Below, in pieces: positions 16,401 through 26,399 of a DNA stretch of 64,000 nucleotides. The first letter of the stretch is position 1. Each line of letters opens with the position of its first letter. Made by a program: the position numbers and the translations under genes. A model generated the notes under the pieces. The model was not told where the DNA came from and made no database searches. It saw nothing but the letters and a program-made list of their open reading frames with translations. The DNA comes from a virus: the IMG/VR virus record IMGVR_UViG_3300035698_010970, positions 8,517 through 72,516 of that record, one strand, 5' to 3'.

Positions 16401-19028
16401 AGCGCCACCTTCGTCGGCCTCGATGTCTGTCAGCGTGACCGTCATTGCAGAAGGACCGGAAGCAGAGCCGTTTCCGTCCTCTGCGTTGTGCTCCATAGAA
16501 CGAGCTTGGAGCGTCAAGGTTCCCGGGGACGTCGTGTCGAAGGCTTGCACACCTTGAGAAAGGAAGCGCACTCGCAGGCTGTTTCCTGCAGAGGCCGAGC
16601 GGGTGGAGTATCCAACGGTTCCTGCACCAATGACTTGGAATGCTCCGTTGTTTTCGATGGCTTGGTCATCGCCAAAGACCACCAGGTACAGCTCCGAGGA
16701 GCTTCCTGTGAGATCTCGACCACCAGCGGTGATGAGATCAAATAAGGTCCGGCTTCCCCGAATGAGCGGGAAGCTCAAAATAGATGGATCATCCACAAAT
16801 TCCCCGAAGGAATCGAACGAATACCAGTCTCCCGCAACATCGAAGTTGAAGCCCGTAAGAACGATCTCACCTTCTCCGAGAGGGAGCGTTGCGGGGTTCG
16901 TATTGTTGTCTCGAAGGTCCGTTGTGGGGTCAATCCCAACAGCTTGAAAACGAGAGTTGACAAGACCACCAAGAACGATGAAAGGCTTCTCAAAGTTCAG
17001 CGACTGAAGCGGGTACATGGGACCCGGGTGCTCCACAGCCTCTTCGCCAGGACCTGCAGGAGCCATGCTCTGAAGGCCCGCTCCGGGAGCTTGAATGCCT
17101 TGGTTTGATTGCTCGGTGCTGAGCCAAGTCAAAGATATCGGGTGCTGCTTACCGACTTCGGAAGTTTTGTTATCGCTAGCTTTCCAGTACTCTTTGGGGC
17201 CTACGAAGCGGACGGCTCTCTCCGAACCATCTCGGAAGGTCTTCCGTGCCCCAACGTTTCCGGTGTCGCCACCGATGTACAAGAAGACCGTTGATCCATT
17301 CGTGAATCCTGGGGTCGTGTTGTTGAGGTTGTTGAGAAACCCGCTAGGTTTGAAATCTGCGCCGGCATTCCACGTTGTCAGATCGTCGAACGTATCAATG
17401 AACCCAGCGCTCATTGATCCCTCGTTGTCGAGCAGAGACGTTACGCGAGGTTGCAGAGCAGCAGCATCGGACCAGATGTAGCGAATGCCGTCCGGGCCAT
17501 CTTGGCCTTCCGTAGCATTGGGAGTCATTCCGTCTTGGTCAAGGAAGTCTACCTCTTCGATAGTCACACCTTGGGTGTCTCCACCCGAGGCTCCTGCCGT
17601 TTTCCAAGTAGAGCGAAGACGGTTGCGCATCAAGGCTGCAACGTTGTGAAGCAGAAGACGCTCGTAGTCCCAGTCTCCAAGGTTGACGCCCCGACGCATG
17701 TCGAAGATGTCTTCTTCGTTGACCTCATCCGCGAACTTTCCGTCCGGTCGAGTGTTGAAGAATGTGACAGTCGTTCCCGTGCCTGCCGTCAGGACATCAG
17801 AGCGGCCCGTGTGGAGTGTGGGATCGGTTCCCCATTGTCCGCGTCCCCCTGCAGGGATTCGAATGATGTTGGGGTTGACCGTCGTGTCTACCGAATTGAT
17901 GGCGATGACCTCGTCCTCGATGACCATGAACACGTTGGAAAGCGTGTGTCCAGTATCGTCAAAGCCGGAATTCTGAAGCCCATCAACTTCGATCTCCGTC
18001 AACAGAGCCGTTTGCTCCCCTGACAGATCGTTGATGAGAGCGACTTGGCTGAGAAGCTTTGCACCGTCGCGAGGGTTCGCCAAGGATGCGATGCTTGGTG
18101 TGCGGTTGAACGCTCCGTTTTGGTTGGGAGCACCCGCCAGGTTCACGGCTACGTAGGGCTGATTGTTGCGACGGAAGACAGCACAGACGGGAATCGCGTA
18201 GATGTACCCGTCAACCGTTCCAAAGTCGTTGGAAGCGTCGCCATCTCCGGCACGCCACAAGGAAGGGTCTCCAAGCTGCTCTCGCATGTTTGCGAAGGCA
18301 GCATAGGATTGCGCGCTTGCTGTCGTTAGAGGACCTTGGGCCCGCACGTTCGGATCGTCAAGACCATCTGGGTAGACGTCGAGGTTGGGGCTGACCCCAG
18401 CTCCGGCGCCGTCTCCCACAACACGAAGACGGTACTGAATTTGTACGCGCTGGGTCGTCTGAGACCCGATCACAGGATCTTGGAGATCGTCCGTAACATT
18501 GGCCTGACCAAACTCCACGTTGCCGTATTTCCACACGGTAGCCGCAGAAGGCTTGTTGTCCGTCTTCGGGTTGGGAGCCACTAGGCTTCGCCAAACTTCT
18601 AGGAAAACGAAGTCCACGCGAGAGTCCGAATCAGGGGGCGGGAACAACTTGACGATGTTGTCCGTGGCACCGCTTTCCTGGTTGTTGGTGCCCGTGATAG
18701 GAACCACCATCCCGTTGACGTTGGCCCACACAACGGGATCAAACTCCTCAACTTCTCCGTCAGCGTTTCGACGCTGTTGCCCAAGACGGAACTGGTTGCT
18801 GTTGAGAGGATCCGTAACGTAGTCGTCTAGAGGACGAGTCGGATCGAGGAAGAAGCCAGAGTGTGCCTGGCTTCGGATGAACTCCTGAAATTGAGAGCTG
18901 CCCAGCTGCTGGGACAGGTTCAGTTCGGAGTCTAGCGGGGGCTTACCTGCCTGCCATACGACAGTTTGAAACTGCCGTGCAAGAGCAGAAAGGGTTCGGG
19001 AAACGCCATTTCCAAATTCTTCGGACAT
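13401..19028 (-). CDS. Large virion structural protein, DUF4815/DUF6519-like N-terminus (baseplate-attached fibre/appendage)
   Basis: 1875 aa; VVWQAGKPPLDSELN, RVDFVFLEVW, RVQIQYRLR, TVDGYIYAIP..FRRN shared with 26400..29852. Confidence 0.75.
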   Translation of the reverse strand: MSEEFGNGVSRTLSALARQFQTVVWQAGKPPLDSELNLSQQLGSSQFQEFIRSQAHSGFFLDPTRPLDDYVTDPLNSNQFRLGQQRRNADGEVEEFDPVVWANVNGMVVPITGTNNQESGATDNIVKLFPPPDSDSRVDFVFLEVWRSLVAPNPKTDNKPSAATVWKYGNVEFGQANVTDDLQDPVIGSQTTQRVQIQYRLRVVGDGAGAGVSPNLDVYPDGLDDPNVRAQGPLTTASAQSYAAFANMREQLGDPSLWRAGDGDASNDFGTVDGYIYAIPVCAVFRRNNQPYVAVNLAGAPNQNGAFNRTPSIASLANPRDGAKLLSQVALINDLSGEQTALLTEIEVDGLQNSGFDDTGHTLSNVFMVIEDEVIAINSVDTTVNPNIIRIPAGGRGQWGTDPTLHTGRSDVLTAGTGTTVTFFNTRPDGKFADEVNEEDIFDMRRGVNLGDWDYERLLLHNVAALMRNRLRSTWKTAGASGGDTQGVTIEEVDFLDQDGMTPNATEGQDGPDGIRYIWSDAAALQPRVTSLLDNEGSMSAGFIDTFDDLTTWNAGADFKPSGFLNNLNNTTPGFTNGSTVFLYIGGDTGNVGARKTFRDGSERAVRFVGPKEYWKASDNKTSEVGKQHPISLTWLSTEQSNQGIQAPGAGLQSMAPAGPGEEAVEHPGPMYPLQSLNFEKPFIVLGGLVNSRFQAVGIDPTTDLRDNNTNPATLPLGEGEIVLTGFNFDVAGDWYSFDSFGEFVDDPSILSFPLIRGSRTLFDLITAGGRDLTGSSSELYLVVFGDDQAIENNGAFQVIGAGTVGYSTRSASAGNSLRVRFLSQGVQAFDTTSPGTLTLQARSMEHNAEDGNGSASGPSAMTVTLTDIEADEGGASNPWNSANINPGALPGRTLQTPFNYKCLVNTTLMYHSNRGATARVPDRVHRVAMQSPPGTVLNQSPANLDTDFPAATGAPGSPPEADFTRAHVQLWNRLPSNGLDAPTAPAYGGNVVLNSEITRETEAFLDRGSKTLMFRPFQRLEMTLQGMTTDNTGDLDNPTLLGDSNYPNPALIPTGFDGAKDDGQLLTTGLQMGYQIPPQWMPRFGRQDIPYYQDNGPGFGAGTFLEGINHLFTDTTDASNPAFFAIGGQDNQSGGSLVTRMLVQTGSSSGFAYGQYGTVTGPLTPAYQGRLTTTIGSGCPEAAEITGKLANVSSSDFGKGLRGIMMPPYLGMARVYGVYDRRDFVAQGGVSFGVDRVTPQAGRATNLLRRDAKRQTLFICEDGAYDLTGERGDHTYIIPENVVDITKSPSFTSGEDFADLEYVVECTVFVFAKGWITENNFVMARRHNGEGALITDGDNPELEGASLVLPHAAPDSSTLYVAYERTVYQGDPFMTRAGVTRTTSDYEHRPGQVAQSDAYAVNTHIQQYDASGNQIPERPNARSLQVLASLDFYTTMGSGNIGGVVYPGTELDVGFMENTSEASSRIPSGPGTPAWRFLPRAFTEGQKKNSSRASVDLRVDGNNATMIFLPSPNATRVDVVRLDGTVVSFRANNGATVAEDEFDASSPDETVVAKELAAKMVARTELQNSVFIRNDVDDQVIDIISRTVGAEGNGIRVRINDVDNLTLLLPKSGETTLDATITTANLAGGVDLPVNGGSGTTKFDLTGMTERMPMGILYNDADFLGENPLNDASSAVQTLLGGIRPSQRLLPLTQNGGEEYTPHTGAPGELIGMGDGAILQYGAFTDSSPGGSRRYRIFRGGGAVFVLNGVNPGGPVDWNSGSLEPHQLPVLKGALLAGKALLVRNFPEEAFSTDDDTTEGDEIQMVVMTHSVAGNGDTLKEGVDLSGIISRTGYGEGTTAADRYRLNGKPMYQGRTRNTPDPATTPLAPFSKDE

Positions 19029-19041
19029 CGGTCAAGCCTCT

Positions 19042-19845
19042 TTAGAACATGACGGCGTACGCCGCAATGCACTTTCTTCGTGTAGGAGCATTATTTCGGA
19101 AGGCGAGACGTACAGACGTCCCGGGGGTGCAAAAGGAAACGGGGACGAGCCTCTGAACTTCGGTCCAAGACACGCCATCATTGATGGAGAGATACACTTG
19201 AAGGTCTGAAGGCTCTTGGTCGACTTCAAGAGCTGCGACCAGAGAGGGGGTATTGAGACCGGCCGTAGCTCCAAAATCGGAGCGAACGTCCTGCGTTGCG
19301 TCACAGTCGTAGATATACCAGTAGGCAACGAACTCATCGGAGCCAATGCCTCCCGTAAAAGGAGACACATCGATCGTGTCGGAGATCACCAAACCCGGTG
19401 CGGTGGGTGCCGCCCCGGTATTCGCTGCTAGCATCGCAGTATTGTTCGGAGCCTGCCCGGCTGTAAAGGGTCCGCCTGTCCCCCGTCCAGTGATAGCCCT
19501 TGTACGGAAAGAGTCTCCCGTATCGGGATCCGTAAGGGTTGGAGCCGACGGACTACTCGCATCGACAACGATATCGTCCACATCCGCAGCTTCGAGAAGA
19601 GGGTTGTACAAGATGTTGTCGTATTGCGGGAACTGCGCTAGCAACCCCGCGTAAGCTTGGGCAACAACTGAGTTAGGGTTGTTGGACGGGAGTACGAAGG
19701 ACGTGGGCTCAACATGCAAAGAGACGCCTTCAGGCGTGGGGAGCACGTATTTGCCATTTGTTGGCGCAAAGCGGCCAATTTCCGGAACCTTCTCTACTTC
19801 GAGAATTCCGTTTGTTGTCCTGTCTACAAGGATGCGCATCGTCAA
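19042..19845 (-). CDS. Probable virion structural protein
   Basis: 267 aa, beta-rich, YLSINDGVSW motif; located in the structural string. Confidence 0.7.
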   Translation of the reverse strand: MTMRILVDRTTNGILEVEKVPEIGRFAPTNGKYVLPTPEGVSLHVEPTSFVLPSNNPNSVVAQAYAGLLAQFPQYDNILYNPLLEAADVDDIVVDASSPSAPTLTDPDTGDSFRTRAITGRGTGGPFTAGQAPNNTAMLAANTGAAPTAPGLVISDTIDVSPFTGGIGSDEFVAYWYIYDCDATQDVRSDFGATAGLNTPSLVAALEVDQEPSDLQVYLSINDGVSWTEVQRLVPVSFCTPGTSVRLAFRNNAPTRRKCIAAYAVMF

Positions 19846-19877
19846 AGTACCTTACCTGCAAGAGAGCGCAGGCGGCT

Positions 19878-19897
19878 CTACCAACGCGCCTCTATAG
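19878..19897 (-). promoter_or_regulatory. Repeated intergenic motif, class B (CTATAGAnnCGCGTTGGTAG)
   Basis: 18/20 identical to 45640-45659; both copies intergenic. Confidence 0.6.
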
Positions 19898-19908
19898 ACC
19901 CAAAAACG

Positions 19909-22900
19909 TCAAAGTTTGGGGGTCTTGTCTCGGAACCTGTTGACCAAGGATGCATAGAAAAAGCGATGATCAACACTTCCGACGCCTGTAACGTTGCGCC
20001 CAGCTTGCGTCACTTCCAAGCTTTGAAGGGTGATGAACGCAGGATCTACTACGTCAATCTCGCTCATCTTGTGCAACTCTTGGTCGAAAAGAGCCATCTT
20101 CAAACGAGATTGGTACTCAGAAGTTGCCGGCACGTAGTACTTGTCCGTCTCAATGACCAGCGTGTAGGGTATCGAGAAGCCTGCGTCTGACAGCCTCGCA
20201 AAACAGTTGGCAGGCTGCACGAGCGACGCTCCAAGCTGGTTTTGGACCGTCCACTCAAAACCTAGTGGGCCCGTGCTTGGGTCACCCGTAAACCGTATTC
20301 CGGCATAGTCGGTAGTCGGGTCCAGTGGGTCTGCCGTGGCTTCGAGGGCCGACCCAGAAGGTCCGCACAACCCCGAGAAAAAGTTGTAGCCGTCGTTCGT
20401 GTTTGCCAGGACAGCAAACTTGATCACAAGACGGAAGGATTGCGTGAGGTAGATTTCGCTCTCAGTGTCAAACCCACCAATAACGTTAGGTCCACCTCCT
20501 ACAACTTGCCATTGTGCATACTGCCCGTGCTCTCGATCCGAACCAAATACTGGAAGCCCAAAACCTCCTTGCAACTGGAAGCTTCCGAGGATCCCGCTGG
20601 CAGAAAGGACGTCAGCGGGAAGGGCCGCTCCTGATGGCGTAATCAGGCCAGACTGGTGCCACTGATATGTGGAGTCTGCATCTAGCGTGATTGTGCCATC
20701 CACCTCCGAGTTAATTTGCCCTCGGTCTACTCGAATAGCTTTAACACGTTGGGAGCTGCCGTACGTGGTGTCGTATCGGTGGTCGTCATATCCGAAGTCC
20801 TTGTTGGAAGTCTGCGCGCTGAATGCAACATCCCTACGTAACTTGACCACAAGGTCAGTGGAGCCTGCAAAACTAGGATCCGATGCCGTGGAAAGACTGC
20901 TAATACCGCCAAGAGCCGTAACCTCTTGTCCAGTCGTCACCACGTTGCGGGTCTCTGTGTACCCCCAAACGCCTTGAGAGACGCCCGTGTCTCGCTCCAA
21001 AATTTCGATAACGCCTGTGCGAGGAGCGTTAGCCCATTGTCGATCGAGAACGATCTCCACAGGGTTGGGTACAAGCAAGCTAGCTCCAACGTACGGAGCG
21101 AGAACAACGCTGGTGGTGTTGTTCCCGTCAACTCTGGCCACTACTGGAGAGCTGTAGACATCGACATCCTCAACAGTGCCTCCCGTGATGCGGACTCCCG
21201 TGCCTAGCTGGGATTCCTCCATGGAGTAAGGAATGCAAGCTGCGAAAAGGACAACCTCTTCCCGAGGGTTCGTCGTTCCCGGCCCACCGATGATATCGTT
21301 GGGAATCACGTCTCCGCCAGCGCGGTTTGGGGGGTGGCTCAGACGCACAAGCCCAGAAGAATAGTCCACCTCGATGTACTGCTTTTCCGCAAGCGTGCTA
21401 TCGATAACCAACTCCCCGCGAGTGTCGATGGGGTTGCTGAAGTCTGGGATAGGGTTGCCGGCACCGTCATCTTGAGCTGGGAAGAGGACCATCCTAAAGC
21501 CTAGATCCAGCATGCTTCCTGGGTTGGAAGCTCCGGGAATACCTACGCCAGGGTCTGTCGCCGTATCGAAGATAGAGCGTTCAGGACGTCCATGGCTGGC
21601 TCCTCCAGGTTGGGAAAGCCCAGCGCCGCCAACATTGGAAACCTGCTTTTCGAAGCGCTCAACGTCATGGGGGTCGATGAGGTTTTTGATCCGAGCAGCT
21701 TCGATGACATCGGGATTGTAGTCCCCGAGCCAAGCTTCGGAAACCGGACGGTGTAAGGAGTAGACAAGACGGTGCCGAGGACCTGTTGCAGCGTCTTGGT
21801 AGTATGGACCTGGACCGAAAGTGATGCTTCCGCTTGCAGGATCTACCGTCGCTACAGATTGCAGCGTGATAGAGCCCGAGCCAAAGCTGTGATCCACGAC
21901 GGGGAAGTAGCCAAATACGTCTTGACTCGCGCCGAACGTCAGAGGAGTGTCCCCACCGCTGTCTAGGTTGTAGACTTTGGCGACGAGGCCAACATCTGTG
22001 GGGGAAGCTAGGGGGGACTGGACTCTCCAAAATCCGATGCCATCGGGTGGCAGGGCTCCGACGTCCGAGAAAACATTTTCTCCAACGCCACCACGGGTCT
22101 CGTGGGGGAAGGGTAGGGGGAGGGCATTACGGCCACCGTAAGCACCAGGCTCACCCGTCAACCCTGTAGCTTCGAAGCCCCCTTGCAGCCAAGATCCGTC
22201 CCCTAAAACTCCGCCGTTGAAGGGTGGATACAGATCGGAAGTGGCGGAGAACTCCGGAGAGAGCGTGGCGAAGACTTGCTCTTGGCCTACCCCTGATCCT
22301 GAGCCTCGAATCGCTTGCAAGCGAGTGACGTATGGCTTGAGGAGTGTGACGGACCGACAAACGCGAGTCGTAGCCGGAGGTAGATCAAAGAAACTGCTGA
22401 GGAGCTTGTTGGGGTGAAGCTCGATAACGTTCGCGTCAATGCTTGCAACTCGGAAAAGCTCGTATCGCGCAGTGTTCAGTGCTTCCGGAAGCGCTGAAAG
22501 AGCTGTGGGACCTACAGTGGGGATCGAGCCCGGATTCGTTCCGTCATCGGAGATAAGGACATAAAGCCCACCGTTAGGCTCTGTGGGACCGCCAATCGTG
22601 AAAACAGGTGCGTCAGGACCATATCCGTCAGTGACGTTGCTTATGACTGCGGATGCGCCATCCGGGCGGTCGCTCAGCTGAAGCTCGTCTCCCCCGTTAG
22701 GCCCAGTCTCTGCCGTGATCGTCCAAGTGTGGTCGCAAAATGGAGACTTGAGCGTAGGTCCAACAACCTCGTAGCTAATTGGGTGGCCTACAAGAGACGG
22801 CCCCTTGCTACCGGACCGGTTTGTACGCCAGTTGTAGGGAACAAAATCGATGTCTGGAACACCACGAAGCCCGAGCTTGGACGTCTTTGCTCGAACCGGA

Positions 22901-23172
22901 ACAGGGGCAGCCTTCTCACCATACTTCTCGTCGCCGTAACCCAGAACAGGGGACGTGACAGAGCCAATCCCGTAATTATAGGAAGCGGCCCAAGAGCCCG
23001 AGAATCCTCGAATGATGTCCGTGGCAAGAGAGGAGTTATTCGCGACTACCGAAGTCTCTCGTGAGAAAGGCTCTTGCCACGGCGCATTGGACGAGACTCC
23101 GTCTCCGGTCTTAGCAAGAGCTTTCCGAAGCTCTTCAAGCTTCTTTTTGTCTTGGTCGCTGAGGGTTGCCAT
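19909..23172 (-). CDS. Large virion structural protein, possible C-terminal lectin-like domain
   Basis: 1087 aa; YIEVDYSSGLVRL motif of the type seen in baseplate proteins. Confidence 0.7.
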   Translation of the reverse strand: MATLSDQDKKKLEELRKALAKTGDGVSSNAPWQEPFSRETSVVANNSSLATDIIRGFSGSWAASYNYGIGSVTSPVLGYGDEKYGEKAAPVPVRAKTSKLGLRGVPDIDFVPYNWRTNRSGSKGPSLVGHPISYEVVGPTLKSPFCDHTWTITAETGPNGGDELQLSDRPDGASAVISNVTDGYGPDAPVFTIGGPTEPNGGLYVLISDDGTNPGSIPTVGPTALSALPEALNTARYELFRVASIDANVIELHPNKLLSSFFDLPPATTRVCRSVTLLKPYVTRLQAIRGSGSGVGQEQVFATLSPEFSATSDLYPPFNGGVLGDGSWLQGGFEATGLTGEPGAYGGRNALPLPFPHETRGGVGENVFSDVGALPPDGIGFWRVQSPLASPTDVGLVAKVYNLDSGGDTPLTFGASQDVFGYFPVVDHSFGSGSITLQSVATVDPASGSITFGPGPYYQDAATGPRHRLVYSLHRPVSEAWLGDYNPDVIEAARIKNLIDPHDVERFEKQVSNVGGAGLSQPGGASHGRPERSIFDTATDPGVGIPGASNPGSMLDLGFRMVLFPAQDDGAGNPIPDFSNPIDTRGELVIDSTLAEKQYIEVDYSSGLVRLSHPPNRAGGDVIPNDIIGGPGTTNPREEVVLFAACIPYSMEESQLGTGVRITGGTVEDVDVYSSPVVARVDGNNTTSVVLAPYVGASLLVPNPVEIVLDRQWANAPRTGVIEILERDTGVSQGVWGYTETRNVVTTGQEVTALGGISSLSTASDPSFAGSTDLVVKLRRDVAFSAQTSNKDFGYDDHRYDTTYGSSQRVKAIRVDRGQINSEVDGTITLDADSTYQWHQSGLITPSGAALPADVLSASGILGSFQLQGGFGLPVFGSDREHGQYAQWQVVGGGPNVIGGFDTESEIYLTQSFRLVIKFAVLANTNDGYNFFSGLCGPSGSALEATADPLDPTTDYAGIRFTGDPSTGPLGFEWTVQNQLGASLVQPANCFARLSDAGFSIPYTLVIETDKYYVPATSEYQSRLKMALFDQELHKMSEIDVVDPAFITLQSLEVTQAGRNVTGVGSVDHRFFYASLVNRFRDKTPKL

Positions 23173-23174
23173 AG

Positions 23175-26100
23175 TTACGGTCTCACGATTTCAAGGCCAA
23201 TCAACCCGCGAAGGCTCGATGTGTCCGCGTCAGGCCCAGCGCCCACGAAGTTGAGTGTAGCACCGGCGGCTCGGATAACGACTCGAACGAGAACGGGAAC
23301 CTCTCCTTGAGAGTTGCTCTGGAAAGCAGCTTGAGGGCCTACGTTCACAAGCACATCAGCATACACGTGCCCATAGCGGGCTTCGATGCCATTCACAGTC
23401 TGAGTCGGGTCCACGACTTGGCAACCAGCCCCGTCAGTCATGGGATCTTGCTTGGAAGGGCCTTGACCATCAACGCGACCTACATCCATCCAAGCCGTCA
23501 GACCTGGAACCTTGGCCAAGATGGCAACTTCCGCCGAACCGGGGCCCGGAGCAGCGTAAGAGAAGTCGCTCAAAGCTAATCCATGCACCCGAAGCTTGAA
23601 CTGCGAAGCTCCGACCATGTTTGCTACGATGGGCGAGGCATCTCTGGAGAACCCAAGATCGAGAACTCGAAGGTACTCCCTTTGAGGGTCCGCGACGCCA
23701 ACATAGTTGGGTTGAGGAGTTGTCACATCGCCAACCGGAAAAGAAGGCCGGTGACCTGCGGAGTAGTCTGTCTCGGGATACCGGAGGAGTCCTCGGGAAG
23801 GGGCAGGACCTACTCCTGCAACATCAACCAAAGGTCTCCGCTCAGGGAGCCCGCTAACCTGAAGCTCGTCTGCTACACCGACAAACGTCGAGAGGTCCTG
23901 CGTATGGAGAGCACCTTGCACGAAAGAGACCGCAGCAAAGGCCACATTCCCTCCGACTCTCACAGGAACCTCCAAGAAACCGCTCAGACCGAAAGGAAGC
24001 CCCGGACCTACGAGGTTTCCTCGAATGCCGTCGTAAGTGGGATCGAGCGCGCCTCCATTGAAGGCTCCTAGATCCCAACGGTAGACCTCGTCCAAAAACC
24101 GTTCTTCTGTATCCTTGAGAGCGGTTTCCAAGTTGGCTCGTGCCACACCAGCAGCCAAGGTCAAGAAGTTTCCGTAGCTACCAAGGTCGTCCGTAGGGTT
24201 CTGAGACGTGCTGTGGTACAAGACGTTGCTCGCAGCAATTTGGTCGAAGTCCACCAAGCCCGCTGAGGTCGCGGGCAAGAGATTGCCAAGAGGCTTCTTC
24301 CACCATCCGATAAGGCGAGAGTTGGTCGAGAACTTCGGAGTCTCTTGCGAACCAACAAACGTCATAGGATCTCCTGGGAAGATTTGAAGGTCGGCACTCT
24401 CTCCAGGAATGGGGCCGTTAACTAGGCTGAAAGCTCCATGCCCGCTCTGCGAATCTAATTCATCATAGCGGAAATCGATTCGTGTGCTGTCTGTTCCTGT
24501 GCGGACAGTCCCTGCAAAGGATGAGGTTGCTGCGGGAGGTGTAACCGTCTCTCCGTAGTTTCCGAGATACAGGAAGAAGGGGGCATCATGGTCGAGCCCA
24601 GGACTGATCTCCGAAGCTGTTGCAGAACGACCAAGACGGTAGGAGTTGTTCCAGGTATTATCTAGCTCCATGACTAGACTGGAAACGGTCCACTCGCTTC
24701 CCGCAGTGCCTGGAACCCAGTACTGAACTCCAGACACAAACACGACCTCGTCCTGTGTCACGACAACATCGTAGGTAGTGGTCAGAGGGTTGACGACCTG
24801 GTTGTCTCCCTCAGGGTCCTCAAAGACTGCGGCTCGAAGAACGTGGTAGCCAGGAGCCGTCGTCGGAGGCACGACCGAAGCATTGACAATGTTGTCCACA
24901 CTCTCTGGGTTCGCATAGTCTGTCAACGACGCAGACCACAGAGCGTAGCCGTTAGCGACGTCGTCTGGCATGACCCCATCTCGGGTGAATGCCTCGAAGT
25001 CCGACTCTCTTCGAAAGTGAAGAAGCAAGAAGCTACCTTGCTCGATAGGGTCCGGAGCAATAGGAGTGTTGCTCAAGAACTCGAACCTGTGACGGTAACG
25101 AGCCACTTGAAAGTTCCAATAGTCCTTGCCCAAGCCGGCGTAGTTACCCGCTTGAGTCAGTGCGGTTAAGTGGCTCAAAGCCACCGAGGGCTTGTTGAAG
25201 TACCTGAACTTTTCCGCGGCAGGAGTATAGGGCAACCCTGTGACTCCCCCAAAGCCGTCATCCGTGTCGCTGTAGTCCGTGAGATACGGCAGACGGTAGC
25301 GAAAGAAATTGTTGTCGTTGGCTGCAAAGGGGAGGCTATCATCGCGCCCTCGACCCGCAGTTGTCGAGCCAAGGATGGGGATACCGCCTGCCACCGGAGC
25401 GACTCCCGCCGTTGGGTCCTGACCCAAACGCACCTGACCCGCACCAGGTTCTGCCGCAAAAGAAAGTGCAGCGCCTGTGCCTTCCGCAAGCGCCGTGTGC
25501 AACTCTCGCAGCTGGTACTGACCCGAAGCCCGACCTGGGAAAGAGTTAAGATCCGGATCGCCCTCATTGAAGATGCCTCCGGGCTGTCCGTCACACTCTT
25601 CCGTGATACCTTGACCAAGCACAATCGCAGCAAGACATCGGTCAAGCAGAGGTTGAGCTAGGAACTCTGGAATGCTGCCATCGGCAGGCCAGTGGAACAG
25701 TGCTAGGACTCCCCGATCCGAAGGATACACAACTCCCGAAACAACATTAGGAGTGAAGGACCCTCCTCCCCCAGGCACAACTCGCATTGTTTCGATCACA
25801 GGGTTGTTTGCTGTCGGTGGTCGAGTGAACCCACCCTGATTCGTTTGACCTCTCCCTCCACCAGTATAGGTGGGGTCTCCCGTGCCTGCAGGATCAAGGT
25901 TGAAAACCGGGTCCGTTGCGGGGTCGTTGCCGATCGGGTTGAACGGAGGATGAGGGCTCGCTACGTCCGGCCGGTAATAGTAGTAGGGGTAAATGTCCTC
26001 ATCCGTGTTTGGATCATTGGAATCCGGTGAGGAGACATTTCCTTTTGCGAGCTGACCTGCATCTGCCAACTTCAGGGATCCCCAATCGGGAATCCCGCTG

Positions 26101-26396
26101 ACAGGCAGCGTACTGCCAACATTCGAAAGGTGGTTCCCTACCGTGGGAGGGCGAGGAGGAACTAGGCCACCTAGCTCATCAAGGTTTCCTTGAACGTTGG
26201 TTCCATCGAAGACTCCTCTCGAAGTCGTCGAAGAAGTGGCTGACGCTGGGTGGGCATTAGCAGGGTTGTTGATGTGCGCGTTGGCTCCCGCATTTCCCGA
26301 AGAGGAGAGGTCTTGCGTAAAGGAGTTGGCATCAACACTATTCTGGTTGGCCTTACCTGTGCCGGTTCTGACGTCGTTTTCACCGTTGCGAGGCAT
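23175..26396 (-). CDS. Large virion structural / fibre-associated protein
   Basis: 1073 aa; HINNPANAHPASA...NVQGNLDEL motif typical of tail-fibre trimer segments. Confidence 0.7.
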   Translation of the reverse strand: MPRNGENDVRTGTGKANQNSVDANSFTQDLSSSGNAGANAHINNPANAHPASATSSTTSRGVFDGTNVQGNLDELGGLVPPRPPTVGNHLSNVGSTLPVSGIPDWGSLKLADAGQLAKGNVSSPDSNDPNTDEDIYPYYYYRPDVASPHPPFNPIGNDPATDPVFNLDPAGTGDPTYTGGGRGQTNQGGFTRPPTANNPVIETMRVVPGGGGSFTPNVVSGVVYPSDRGVLALFHWPADGSIPEFLAQPLLDRCLAAIVLGQGITEECDGQPGGIFNEGDPDLNSFPGRASGQYQLRELHTALAEGTGAALSFAAEPGAGQVRLGQDPTAGVAPVAGGIPILGSTTAGRGRDDSLPFAANDNNFFRYRLPYLTDYSDTDDGFGGVTGLPYTPAAEKFRYFNKPSVALSHLTALTQAGNYAGLGKDYWNFQVARYRHRFEFLSNTPIAPDPIEQGSFLLLHFRRESDFEAFTRDGVMPDDVANGYALWSASLTDYANPESVDNIVNASVVPPTTAPGYHVLRAAVFEDPEGDNQVVNPLTTTYDVVVTQDEVVFVSGVQYWVPGTAGSEWTVSSLVMELDNTWNNSYRLGRSATASEISPGLDHDAPFFLYLGNYGETVTPPAATSSFAGTVRTGTDSTRIDFRYDELDSQSGHGAFSLVNGPIPGESADLQIFPGDPMTFVGSQETPKFSTNSRLIGWWKKPLGNLLPATSAGLVDFDQIAASNVLYHSTSQNPTDDLGSYGNFLTLAAGVARANLETALKDTEERFLDEVYRWDLGAFNGGALDPTYDGIRGNLVGPGLPFGLSGFLEVPVRVGGNVAFAAVSFVQGALHTQDLSTFVGVADELQVSGLPERRPLVDVAGVGPAPSRGLLRYPETDYSAGHRPSFPVGDVTTPQPNYVGVADPQREYLRVLDLGFSRDASPIVANMVGASQFKLRVHGLALSDFSYAAPGPGSAEVAILAKVPGLTAWMDVGRVDGQGPSKQDPMTDGAGCQVVDPTQTVNGIEARYGHVYADVLVNVGPQAAFQSNSQGEVPVLVRVVIRAAGATLNFVGAGPDADTSSLRGLIGLEIVRP

Positions 26397-26399
26397 AGC